Counted from the stretch's first letter, positions 41,477 through 54,274 are shown. The stretch is DNA of 64,000 nt from Octopus vulgaris (GCA_951406725.2 OX597817.1:73966001-74030000), one strand, 5' to 3'. Translations and numbers: made by a program. The notes: generated from the letters alone by a model not told the origin.

Positions 41477-42994
41477 TGTATGTATGTATGTATGTATGTA
41501 TGTATGTATTAGTGTGTGTGTCTGTGTCTCTCTGTGTGTAACACCCACTGACAATAAACAGTGTTCTTTAGGACTCACTTTTGCTTTACCACTTATTAAA
41601 GTGTCTCAGCAATCGAATCTGGTTTAATGTATGTGAAACATTGAATAATGCAGGACTAGATAGCAAACTGTTAATACATAATATATGCATACATGCATGC
41701 ATACATACACTCACTCACACATACACATACATACGCATATACATAAAATAAATATGAGATCGGCGTAGTTAAAATTCTTTTTGAACCACTATAATACTAA
41801 GGTTGCAGGAAAAAACATGAGAAGTCTCAAATTGATCCTCATAATTTTCAAAGATCGCAAATATATTTTTTCCTATGATGTTAGTTGAATGAGTGCTAAT
41901 TTATTCAACTAACATATTAATGCAGTGATTTAAAAAATGATCACTCAAAATTACCATTGCAAAGAGGAGAAGAAAAAGTAAGTTCAATTATTATTGACAA
42001 CCGAATTTAGTCACGGCAAAGAAGAGACATCTCTTAATTTCAATTAAATTCAAATTAAAATTACGCATGCAATAAGAAGATGAACATTAGCTCGAGGACT
42101 AATATTAATTTAATCTGGTAACTCCAGACTCAACGAAGCAAAGTATATTCCAGTATATGCTAAACCTAGCGGCAAAGGATTACTGTATAGACTTAGCCCC
42201 CCACGCTGCCGTTAAGAACACACGTTTAGAATGCATTGAGGGAATGGGTACAATACCAGGCAATATATATATATATATTCGACATAACTTTTAACGACAA
42301 ATCCCACTGAAGATGACTTTGGTCAAATGGCTTAAACCAGTAAAAGAATGAAACAAAAAATAATGAATATACGTGTGGATGCATGTTCGTATTTGCGAGG
42401 GTTGCTAGAAGCTGTGCACTGATTAAAATATCCTAAGTTATCTTTGTACTCAGCATGATTTTTCTTCACATTGAGGTCAACAAGATAAATATCAGATAAT
42501 AGTTCTAGGCTCAATATAACCAACTTGTAGGTTGTGCCCCTGCATTAGTGCCAAAGTTCAGTGACTGAAAATATTAAGAGTATATTTGTCCTCACGTTCC
42601 GCATGTCTGCTTATTACTGTTGTCCCGCTTCAAGCCGGCCCTGATCCAGGAGAGCTATACTAAGTTAATCTCAGATCACCCCATCGCTTTTATTCTCAGA
42701 CAATAAATCCAGGACTATATTATTCATGTTTTCTTCCTTATTTAAGACCATGGAGTGCTATTTGATGATGGCCAAGCTAATGTTTCATGAAGATTGGATA
42801 ACCATATACAGTTGCCTTCATTGTGTCGTTGTGTCGCTTCTTCATCTCAGGATCTTAGAGTGCATAATATTGAGTGAAATGTGACTGTTATTTCTTGTAA
42901 AATGATCAAGTACATAGACGCCTTTATCAGTTGCATATTCATGTTGTATTACTCTGCAATACACAATAAACACTTTCAAAGTTATAGTATAGCG

Positions 42995-43160
42995 CACGGC
43001 ATACGTTCTGAGTTCAAATTCCACCGAGGTCGACTTTGCCTTTAATCCTTTCGGGATCGATAAATTAAGTACCAGTTGTATATTGGGGTCGATCTAATGG
43101 ACTAGCCATCTCCCCAATAAAAATTTTCGGACCTTGTGCCTATAGTAGAAAAGAATATAG
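42995..43160 (+). mobile_element. SINE family B copy (5'-truncated)
   Basis: TACGTTCTGAGTTCAAATTCCACCGAGGTCGACTTTGCCTTTAATCCTTTCGGGATCGATAAATTAAGTACCAG. Confidence 0.85.
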
Positions 43161-43303
43161 CATATGGCATATTTTCTGCAACGATGTTGGCTTTGATTCA
43201 CAGATGTATTCAAACATATGTTAAATCTCATTTGCATACTTATAGACACACAAGCGTGCACTCTCATACATTTATACATGTTATGTGTATGTGTATACAT
43301 ATA

Positions 43304-43356
<53 letters not shown>

Positions 43357-44109
43357 GTTTGTGCATATGTGTGTGTGCATGTATGCATAAATATGTTATA
43401 TTTATGTATGTATGTATGTATGTATGTATGTATGTATGCATGTATGTATGTCTGTATGTATAAACATGTTTTGTTTGTGTTTGTGTATGTGTGTGTGTGT
43501 GTGTGTACATAAATACATAGACATATGCATACATATATGTATGTGAGGTCGTTGGCAATTACTGCTGATGACAAGTAATCTGGTACAACTTAATGCATGA
43601 TCGGAAGTAGGTAACTAACCTGGTTCCTCCACCAGGCTTGCCTTGTGATGAAGGTTGCTAGAAACCTACTAGCACCCCCTTTCAAAGTTCTGTTGAAATG
43701 ACAGATGAACCCAATGTAGTATCAACGGCTATCTAGCTAATGCGTGTGGAAACAGAACTACACATGATGTTGAACGGGCACCCTGGAAAATAACCTGAAT
43801 AAAATGGATCACTACTTTTATTAAAAGATATGTCTAGGAGAAGGATGTAATACCCAAGGATCCTCTGATGTAAAATCTGAGGATCGTTCTGCACTGGTCG
43901 TCCCAGCCAATGCTGCGTCACAGGAAGGATAGCAGTTTCATCTTCCGTCACTGTTATCAATTTTAATCGGAGGAACTTCTTGGAAAGCACACTATGGTAA
44001 AATGTCTTGTGGCGGCGGGGAATCGGTGAACCTACAATCTCGACCATCTGGAAGTCTGTAATTACATGTAGGCTACTTGGGATTTTGGTCGTTCTTTACC
44101 AAATTGTGC

Positions 44110-44170
44110 TGAGAGAGAGAGAGAGAGAGAGTGAGTGAGTGAAAGAGAGAGAGAGAGAGAGAGAGAGAGT

Positions 44171-44245
<75 letters not shown>
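44110..44245. repeat. (GA)n microsatellite
   Basis: Directly visible. Confidence 0.95.
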
Positions 44246-44247
<2 letters not shown>

Positions 44248-44349
44248 TGTGTGTCAGACAGGCAGAAACAAAGACAGAGAGATTCGGCAGCAGCTCGAAT
44301 GACTGAATCACTTTTTAATCAAGAAAGACTCAGCAAAGATGGTCTAAAC

Positions 44350-44816
44350 CAGTGATTCTCAACCGGAGTCCAGATGGCCCTTAGGGGTCCATATGAGATT
44401 TTGTTGTTAGAAATGATGTGCAATAAATCAGTTATACTTTTACAATACACAAAATGTTTTAACAATTTCTTTCTACAATTCCTAGTAATATTTCATTATA
44501 AAAATATACAAGGCAGGATGGTGTTGAAAAGTTCTTGGCTTTAAGGGTGTTTAAAGGTCCAACATTGAGTTCCTTTACAGGGCTTAGAAAAGTTGAAAGA
44601 CTGCTGCAATTAGTGTGTGAATCTGATAGGGGAATATGTTTAATAAAATCATAATTAACTAATCCTCCTGTATTTTCTACTACCCAAAGTCAGGAACTTT
44701 TCAGCAACCCCTCGTAATAGGATCGTTTTTAAAACTTCAAATGGCTACGGAGATGCAATGGAGTAAAATAGGAATCAAAAGGGTTCACAGTCAGAAAAAA
44801 AGGTCAGAAACCACTG
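44350..44816. mobile_element. hAT (Charlie-like) MITE hosting a mariner MITE
   Basis: Ends CAGTGATTCTCAACC / GGTCAGAAACCACTG; 8-bp TSD GTCTAAAC / GTCTCAAC. Confidence 0.75.
44507..44716 (+). mobile_element. Mariner-derived MITE, copy 2 (nested)
   Basis: Homologous to 29331-29542; right TIR CAGGAACTTTTCAGCAACCCCTCG-TA. Confidence 0.8.
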
Positions 44817-44979
44817 GTCTCAACAAAGCTTGCCTAACTCTGTGGAGCTGACTGGCAATCTTCCAGCTGATGTCTGTCCTTTCGTTGTGGATTTCCATGT
44901 TAACAGCCAAAAAATTTACATCGTTCCAGGAAGTGACCGTTTTCAGACACAAGTTCTCTTCAACCGTATGTTTGCCCAT

Positions 44980-45372
44980 AGGCGCAGGAATAGCTGTGCG
45001 GTAAGAAGCTTGCTTCCTAACCACATGGTTCCGGGTTCAGCCCCACTGCGTGGAATCTTGGACAAGTGTCTTCTACTATGGTCTCGGGCCGACCAAAGCC
45101 TTGTGAGTCAAGCCCGTCGTATTTATATATGTATATATCTATATATGTGTGTGTGTGTTTGTGTCCCCCTCCACTGCTTGAGAACCGGCATTGGTGTGTC
45201 TATGTGCCCGTAACTTAGCGGTTCGGCAGAAGAGTTCGATAGAATAAGTACCGAGCTTAAAAAGAAAAACAATTACTGGGGTCGATACATTCGACTATAA
45301 CGCCTTCGAGACGGTGCCCCAGTATGGCCGCAGTTTAATGACTGAAATAAGTCGAAGATTAAGAAAAAAGAT
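44980..45372 (+). mobile_element. SINE family A copy
   Basis: AGGCGCAGGAATAGCTGTGCGGTAAGAAGCTTGC head through the GGTGCCCCAGTATGGCCGCAG tail. Confidence 0.9.
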
Positions 45373-45451
45373 AAAAACTGCATGTATGTATGCATATAAG
45401 TGTGTATATATTATGTATATATATATAGAGAGATAGATATAGTAGATATAT

Positions 45452-45529
<78 letters not shown>

Positions 45530-45776
45530 TAGTAATGCAATACTAGAGTATTGCTTTCCAGCAAAGAATAGCCCGTGAGGGAAAAATATACAGAGAGTAA
45601 ATATATGGCACAACGAAGTACCGATATTTACTGGAAATAGCGAACGTAACAATACGACGCTAATGTATAGCTTCACCGCGTATGTACTAGCAAAAATGCG
45701 TGTGTGCAACAAACTAGAAAAAATTGTCTTACCTCCAAGGAGAACATCTGAAAGATGAAATACCTGGAAAAGGATA

Positions 45777-45855
45777 ATGTGGGATCTGCGCAGGTTTCAG
45801 ATTTTTCAAGATATGTCTGCACCCATAAATTGATCTATCTTCATCAGCCAAACAT
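45777..45855 (-). ncRNA. Type I hammerhead ribozyme, variant copy (GTC to ATC, stem III mismatch)
   Basis: Same motif, but plus-strand t45785 replaces c, giving a C-A mismatch next to the core. Confidence 0.7.
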
Positions 45856-46204
45856 ATACTACGACAAAATTTCAGATGTTACCACATTAATGCCATTACA
45901 CTCGACTGAAACGCCGAAACGCTAACAGCACGAGAACGGTGAAGAAGTTTCAATAAATTAGTAATGCAATACTAGAGTATTGCTTTCCAGTAAAGAATAG
46001 CCCGTGAGGGAAAAATATACAAAGAGTAAATATATGGCACAACGAAGTACCGATATTTACTGGAAATAGCGAACGTAACAATACGACGCTAATGTATAGC
46101 TTCACCGCGTATGTACTAGCAAAAATGCGTGTGTGCAACAAACTAGAAAAAATTGTCTTACCTCCAGGAGAACATCTGAAAGATGAAATACCTGGAAAAG
46201 GATA

Positions 46205-46283
46205 ATGTGGGACCTGCGCAGGTTTCAGATTTTTCAAGATATGTCTGCACCCATAAATTGATCTATCTTCATCAGCCAAACAT
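46205..46283 (-). ncRNA. Type I hammerhead ribozyme, intact copy
   Basis: Reverse complement of 46669-46747; predicted cleavage between 46211 and 46210. Confidence 0.85.
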
Positions 46284-46668
46284 ATACCACGACAAAATTT
46301 CAGATGTTACCACTTTAATGCCATTACACTCGACTGAAACGCCGAAACGCTAACAGCGCGAGGTAAGACAATTTTTTCTAGTTTGTTGCACACACGCATT
46401 TTTGCTAGTACATACGCGGTTAAGCTATACATTAGCGTCGTATTGTTACGTTCGCTATTTCCAGTAAATATCGGTACTTCGTTGTGCCATATATTTACTC
46501 TTTGTATATTTTTCCCTCACGGGCTATTCTTTACTGGAAAGCAATACTCTAGTATTGCATTACTAATTTATTGAAACTTCTTCACCGTTCTCGTGCTGTT
46601 AGCGTTTCGGCGTTTCAGTCGAGTGTAATGGCATTAAAGTGGTAACATCTGAAATTTTGTCGTGGTAT

Positions 46669-46747
46669 ATGTTTGGCTGATGAAGATAGATCAATTTATG
46701 GGTGCAGACATATCTTGAAAAATCTGAAACCTGCGCAGGTCCCACAT
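46669..46747 (+). ncRNA. Type I hammerhead ribozyme, intact core, predicted cleavage after C46741
   Basis: Stem I ATG-tt-TGG / CCA-CAT; CTGATGA 46677-46683; stem II AGAT...ATCT; GAAA 46726-46729; stem III within the palindrome ACCTGCGCAGGT; GTC cleavage triplet 46739-46741. Confidence 0.85.
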
Positions 46748-46931
46748 TATCCTTTTCCAGGTATTTCATCTTTCAGATGTTCTCCCTGGAGGTAAGACAA
46801 TTTTTTCTAGTTTGTTGCACACACGCATTTTTGCTAGTACATACGCGGTGAAGCTATACATTAGCGTCGTATTGTTACGTTCGCTATTTCCAGTAAATAT
46901 CGGTACTTCGTTGTGCCATATATTTACTCTT

Positions 46932-46977
<46 letters not shown>

Positions 46978-47103
46978 TGCGTGTTTGAGAGTGTTTGCTT
47001 TGTGTCATATGAAGCAAACATCTATTATAATATTAGTCTTCCCCTTACAAAGGGAACATCTGATAATTACACAATTCTTATTCTCAGACACAAGCGCACA
47101 TAA

Positions 47104-47160
<57 letters not shown>

Positions 47161-47259
47161 TTAAATATATATATACACACATCTGTATATATATGTATGT
47201 ATATATGTAACCACAAACAAACATATATGTAAGTATGAATGTAATGTATGAACGTATGT

Positions 47260-47292
<33 letters not shown>

Positions 47293-47424
47293 CCCACAAA
47301 CACAAACATGTATGTGAGCATGTATATACATATATATATGCATATATATATATATGCACGCACATACATACATACATACATACATACATACATACATACA
47401 TACATACATACATACATACATACA

Positions 47425-47455
<31 letters not shown>

Positions 47456-47891
47456 TTATCAACTATTCACTTCCTTATTCTCGCTGTTACCACTTCCAGC
47501 AGTTAATTCATCTCATCTGAAGAGAACATGTTTGCTCATTCCGTTCTATCAAAGAACGGCCATGGTTTAACGTTCGACATGGGCGATATCTACGAAGCAA
47601 CACAGTAATGATGAGCCGAATCCTCCGCATGGTGAATATTACCGAAAGCCACTGTGACGTGTTCTAACTTTGATACGAGATACTTTAGAATAACATTGCA
47701 ATACTGAAAACAGATGTAAATCAGAGATGACAGTGAAGGTTGTAGAAGTGGTGGCGGCTGCGGAGACGGTACGTGTGGTGGTGGTGGTGGTGGTGGTGGT
47801 GGCAATTGTCGTTATAGTTGTTGTTATTGGGTAGTGGAGATTTCGAGGGTGCGATAAGCGGAACAGAGTGGAATACTTTCGGAGGTGATGG

Positions 47892-48455
<564 letters not shown>

Positions 48456-48946
48456 ATGTGAGTTTTAGTTTAGTGGAACTGGGTAGTATTTCTAGCAGGT
48501 CCGTCGTGTTGAGCCGCAGAGACAGAAAGCGGGGGTGGTGATTGGTTGAATGACTAAATTTTCAAGCGTACTCACCGCACGCGCGCACACACACACAAAA
48601 CACGTACATACACACACGCACACACACGTATACATATATATACACACACACACTCACAACACTCCACTCAACTCATTTATACACGATATATTTATACAGG
48701 ATGTTCTCAATAAGACTAGGTCTTCTTGATTAATGACACATCGCTGCCCCCTCCAAAACACACACACAGACACGCCCCCCCCCGCACGCGCACACTATAT
48801 TTACAATCGATGCAAACTAAATGATAAATAACTAAGAAGTCCCTTCTGTGGTTATGCGGCCTGATAGAAATAGTTGGTAAATCTCTCTCGATTCACACTC
48901 AACTTTCTTGGAAAAGGGTACAGCATAATGTGGTTCTAGGCTTCTT

Positions 48947-49027
<81 letters not shown>

Positions 49028-49234
49028 GATGGGATGGGATGGTCACGGTTTAAATGCCTTTGATGCAAGTTCGGCTCGATAAGACCAGGACTAAGTAAAG
49101 GCTAGACATTGATTTCACAATTTCAATTTGTGAGCTTTGAAAATACTCTGAAGGACATTTAGATAAGTGCAGGCTGCCATGCATGAACGTAGGGAGCCAA
49201 AAGAAATGTTCAAATCCATTAGAATTATATTTTT

Positions 49235-49980
49235 AGGCGCAGGGGTGGCTGTGTGATAAGGGCGGCGAAATGCTTAGTGGTATTTCGTCTGCCGCTACGT
49301 TCTGAGTTCAAATTGCGCCGAGGTCGACTTTGCCTTTCATCTTTTCGATTAAATAAGTACCAGTTACGCACTGGAGTCGATGTAATCGACTTAATCCGTT
49401 TGTCTGTCCTTGTTTGTCCTCTCTGTGTTTAGCCCCTTGTGGGTAGTAAAGAAATAGATATTTCGTCTGCCGCTACGTTCTGAGATCAAATTCCGCCGAG
49501 GTCTTCTTTGTCTTTCATCCTTTCGGAGTAGATAAATTAAGTACCAATTACGCACTGGGCTCGATAGAATCGACTTAATCCCCTTGTCTGTCCTTGTTTG
49601 TCCCCTCTATGTTTAGCCCCTTGTGGGAAATAAATAAATAAGAAGCTTGCTTCACAACGATGTGGTTCAGTCACACTATGTGGAACCTTGGACAAGTGTA
49701 TTCTACCGATCAAATCCTTATGAATGGATTTAGTAGTCGGAAACTGAAAGAAGCACCATTGTACATACATACATATTTGTGTGTGCGTGCGTGTGGATTT
49801 TTTGTATGTGTTTGTCCCTCCCCACGCAGCCAACCTTGACAACTGGTGTTAATATACTTTCCCGTAACTTAGCGGTGCGGCAAACAGATTTCGATAGAAT
49901 AAGTATCAGGTTTTAAAATAATTACTGGGGTCGATTTGTTCGACTAAAACGCAGTCCAAGGAGTGAAACATAATGAAAAG
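49235..49980 (+). mobile_element. SINE family A copy interrupted by a family B dimer
   Basis: Head split at GTGTGATAAG | insert | AAGCTTGCTTC. Confidence 0.85.
49261..49642 (+). mobile_element. SINE family B tandem dimer (nested)
   Basis: Two units homologous to 3718-4085, an AAATAAAT tail, and ATAAG duplicated at both ends. Confidence 0.85.
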
Positions 49981-50104
49981 GAACAAAATCATTTACTTTA
50001 ATAATTATCCTTGTTAAAAGAGACAAGGAAGTGATTGATCTACGGAATTTAAATTGATCAAGCAATTCATGGAGAGATGTAGAGGTGTGTCTGATTTATT
50101 GTAT

Positions 50105-50462
50105 TTATTCTTTAACTTTTACTTGTTATTGTCATTAGACTGGAGTCATGCTGGGACACCGCCTTGAAGAATTTTAGTCGAACGAATCGACCCAGTGCTT
50201 AATTTTTTAAAGTCTGGTACTTATTCTATCGTACTCTTTTGCCGAACCGCCATGTTACGGGAACGTAAACGTACTAACACAGACACACATTTATACATAT
50301 ATTCGCGATGGCTTTCTTTCAGTTTCCGTCAGCCATATCCATTCACAAGGCTTCGGTCGGCCCAAGACTATAGTAGAAGACGCTTACTCACGCAGTGGAA
50401 CTGAACCCGGAACCATGAGGTTGGGAAGCAAGCTTCTTATCATACAGTCACACCTACACCTC
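50105..50462 (-). mobile_element. SINE family A copy
   Basis: Reverse-complement tail, core and head, with internal deletions. Confidence 0.85.
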
Positions 50463-51260
50463 TATTGTGAAAACTTCGGACATGTCTCGGTATTATTAGT
50501 CTTCCTTAGTGAAGCGTCGTCTAAAGATGTAACTACCAGATCGGATAAGGGCTTTGAAATGATATAGTTTTAAAGGATATTGTCATTCATTGGTTAAGCA
50601 GTTTGAAATAATGACAGACCGTTCTTCGTGTTCCTCGATCTGTCAAGGTTGATAATACGTCTACCTAGCCTCGGTAAGATACTTTTTTGGGGAAAACCAG
50701 CAGTTACCTAAGCTTATAAATTTTTTTTTCTGTCATCGCAGTCATTACTGTCAGAACACAAAGAACTGAAACTGATACTGTAACAAATTTTGCCCGATCT
50801 CTTAACATTTCAGCCAATCCACGACCCTGGATTGGTACTTCTCTTATCTCACCGACATCAGGTCAAATTTACCGTTCATTCAGAAAGAACGAAAGCCAAA
50901 ATTTATATCGGCTGGATTTGAGCTCAGAACGCCGAAAGTCAAAGCAAGTAATGCATGGTATTCTATCGAACACTCTTAGGACTTAGCCTGTATTTAATTA
51001 TGTTTTCATACAGGAAATAATCCAGGGAATTTTCCAGCCTCGTCATTAAATTGTCAAAGAACATGGGATAATTCCCGCTTAACATGTTATATACTGTCAA
51101 AGTAATTCTATGGCTTTGCAGTTATATAATATACTATATTTCGCTGAAGAGGTCGCATAAATTGAAATATAGTTTTGAATAAAATCGAAACTATTGAAAA
51201 TCAAACTAAGTTCTTCTCTGCGTATCTCCATTTAATTTTTAATCAACGATAATGATTTTC

Positions 51261-52450
51261 CGGATCTTTTCACTTTCGTAGCCTGATTTGTCAAATTTTT
51301 CCTACTTAACCAAACAATTTGAAACTTCGTATACTGGTAGAATGTGTCAAAAGAAAACTTAATTGTAAACCAGAATGAAAACGGAATTGTAATTTCTAAG
51401 TTTAACATTGTTTAATAATTAGAATTTTAACCAATAGTATTCGGTCTTTCGGCTTGATATTATTTACTCCGTCTCAATAGACGTAACCGCCAATTTGGTG
51501 ACGTAGTAAACATGTGAAATGTAAACACAACTGAAATTTTTTACTCGGTGTATTTTTTATATATTATTAACTAACTTATATATTAAACTTATATATTATA
51601 TAACTAACTTAGTTTTTGTAAATTTTCGTATATTTTTTGTGATTTTTATTCCTTACTTTATTCGTGTAACTTTTATTTCTGTAACTTTTTATCTTTGGCA
51701 ATCTTCTGAAATTTTTTACTCGGTGTATGTGTATATGTATGTATGCATGTATGTGTGTGTGTATGTATCTATGTATGTGTGTGTTGACATTATTTCGAGT
51801 TAAAACGAAAGATTACCTTTGCTATGTAGAAAATAATGAGGTTGACTCAATGGAATAATGACAGTGATCGAAGATATAGACAAATTTCTTTTTGGTAATC
51901 TTTCGTTTTAACTCGAAATAATGTAAACACTGAATCGGCCATACATACACACACACACATACATACACACACATACACACACACACATACATAGATACAT
52001 ACACACACACATACATGCATACATACATATACACATACACCGAGTAAAAAAATTCAGTTATCTCTCTCTTTCACACATTACTCTCTCTGTCTCTTCACAC
52101 ACACTAACAGAAGTACTTCACTTACACAACATACTTTCTGTCTCCCACACCCCATCAAACACACACACACGCACACAAAACACAGACCTACGCACAGCTG
52201 TCTACGTCACAAAATAGCTTTCTACGTCACACTAAGATAATGAAGTAAATTATTTCAAATGAAAACAAACAATACGATTGGTTAAAATTCGCAGATTTAA
52301 TCTACGTTTAAAGTCATAAAATAGATTTTTCTCAAATAAACAAGTTGGAACTAGTGTTTTCTTTTGAGACACTCTACCAGTATACGAAGTTTCAAATTAT
52401 TTAGTTAACTAGAAAAATCTGCCCTCAGGCTACGAAAGTGAAAAGATCCG
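51261..52450. mobile_element. 1.2-kb foldback DNA element with ~180-bp TIRs and an inner inverted repeat
   Basis: CGGATCTTTTCACTTTCGTAGCCTG / CAGGCTACGAAAGTGAAAAGATCCG; flanking direct repeat ATTTTC (or GATTTTCC); inner arms ~51706-51817 and ~51894-52057. Confidence 0.85.
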
Positions 52451-52580
52451 ATTTTCCTTCGCATTGAGGTATAATTTTAATTGATGGAATATTTCATAAA
52501 ATTGACTACATACATTCAGCACGTTAGCCACGACTTAACTATATCTCTCAAGCTGTTTGCCTACACCCTCCCCAATGTAA

Positions 52581-52649
<69 letters not shown>

Positions 52650-53197
52650 CTACATACAGCACACACATACACGTATACGTTATATAGATGTTTGTAGTAA
52701 ATAAGTTTAAACAGTAGAGAACTTAAAGTAAAAATATCATGTATAAAAACCTTATTCAAATGTTGGTTAGCTACTGATTATATTACGCCTATCAAGTTTC
52801 ACCGCCTATCGGATTGTCGAGGAGTAATATACCTCTGCCATCATGCTATGAGTGTCATCGATAGTCAAACAAGTATTCGAATTAAAATATATTTGCACTC
52901 CTCTTAAACACAATCACTTTTTCTTATGAATCTGGGTCATCGGCAACTAAACTAGTACCTCCACCTAACTAGCCTGATGAAGAGCTTTTGGCGGAAATGT
53001 AACAAGGCAAAAACAGAACCTGTCAAAAAATTAACAGAGTAGGGTCAACATGTACCTAACAAAATTTACGGTAGATGGGAGTCAAATTGGAAAGTTTCTA
53101 GAAAAAGATGTTAATAGAAGTTGCAGAGATGGAGTAACAGGTTACAACATTGTCTGGTTTAATTTTGCTTTGCAAAACACTCGACATGAGAGTATAG

Positions 53198-53367
<170 letters not shown>

Positions 53368-53600
53368 AGCATGGGAGGGATAGAAAGCGTGCATGCATTT
53401 GTGGGAGTGTGTAAGTGTGTGGTGTGTACGTGGTCAGTGTGTGTGTGTGTGTGTGTATGCATGCGCGAGAAGTCGTGCTTGTTTAACCCAATACATCTTG
53501 TACGTGAAAGCAAGACAGGCGTTCAGTCAAAATTGTTAGTTAGCTAATCTGGAAAATGAAGAACTATGCATGTCTACTTCTGCTTACACAGATACACTCC

Positions 53601-53647
<47 letters not shown>

Positions 53648-53752
53648 ACATCACACACACACACACACATATACATACACACACACATGACACACACACA
53701 CACAATATACACCACACACGCCCACAAATACATGCACGCTTTCTATCCCTTC

Positions 53753-53798
<46 letters not shown>

Positions 53799-54189
53799 TA
53801 TGCATACATTGCTTAAACACACATACGCTTACCCGCTCACGCCAAACATTTGAATGCACACACATACACATACATAAATTTACACGCGCGCGTATGTTTA
53901 TGCTCAAAAGCAGATATTGACGCACTCATACGTACAAATCATATATTCTGCATCAAACACAACACACAATACAAAACCGCATTGCAGCACGAGTCCAAAC
54001 ACTCACAGATTCTCAGGTTTGTGCATATACAGACACACAAACATAAAACGCAACACACACATACATTGACACTTCGGTCACATAAACGATATTGTAACGC
54101 TCATTATAGAAAACATACGCACATTCATACCACATTGCCACTAAAACACATGTTTACAAATATACGGACTCACACAGTGTAAACATATG

Positions 54190-54274
<85 letters not shown>

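Larger units (their letters stand above)
45525..46939. mobile_element. Hammerhead-bearing tandem plus inverted repeat element (non-LTR retrozyme or Penelope pseudo-LTR type) inserted in (TA)n
   Basis: Unit 1 at 45525-45953 and unit 2 at 45954-46362 are direct repeats (period 428-429). 46360-46939 is an inverted ~1.35-unit copy. I count only about 8 variable sites among the copies. (TA)n lies on both sides, and each full unit contains CTGATGA...GAAAC...GTC on the strand pointing outward. Confidence 0.85.

Noticed and set aside
42310-42350. CTGAAGA-hairpin motif (also 51144-51200 and 52974-53005, with a downstream GAAA)
   Set aside because: The stems or the GAAAC/UH elements are missing; I cannot distinguish them from chance.
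43560-44090. RTE-type 5' UTR with a possible HDV-like ribozyme
   Set aside because: Only a short motif (GTCTAGGAGAAGGA) is suggestive, and I could not build the nested pseudoknot.
44980-45050. tRNA gene
   Set aside because: A box A/B-like SINE head with no cloverleaf, continuing into SINE body sequence.
45900-45935. CTGAAACGCCGAAACGC as an opposite-polarity hammerhead
   Set aside because: It lacks CUGANGA and has no stem II or III.
45950-46279. 109-aa ORF in the hammerhead unit, and possible rolling-circle translation
   Set aside because: Non-ATG start, an indel between copies changes the frame, stops follow, and there is no recognisable homology.
50470-50700. Mariner-like transposase relic on the minus strand (YPLKL..FKAL)
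   Set aside because: Similarity is too weak to call without a search.
53050-53170. RTE RT relic (FTVDGSQI...)
   Set aside because: Too short and degenerate.
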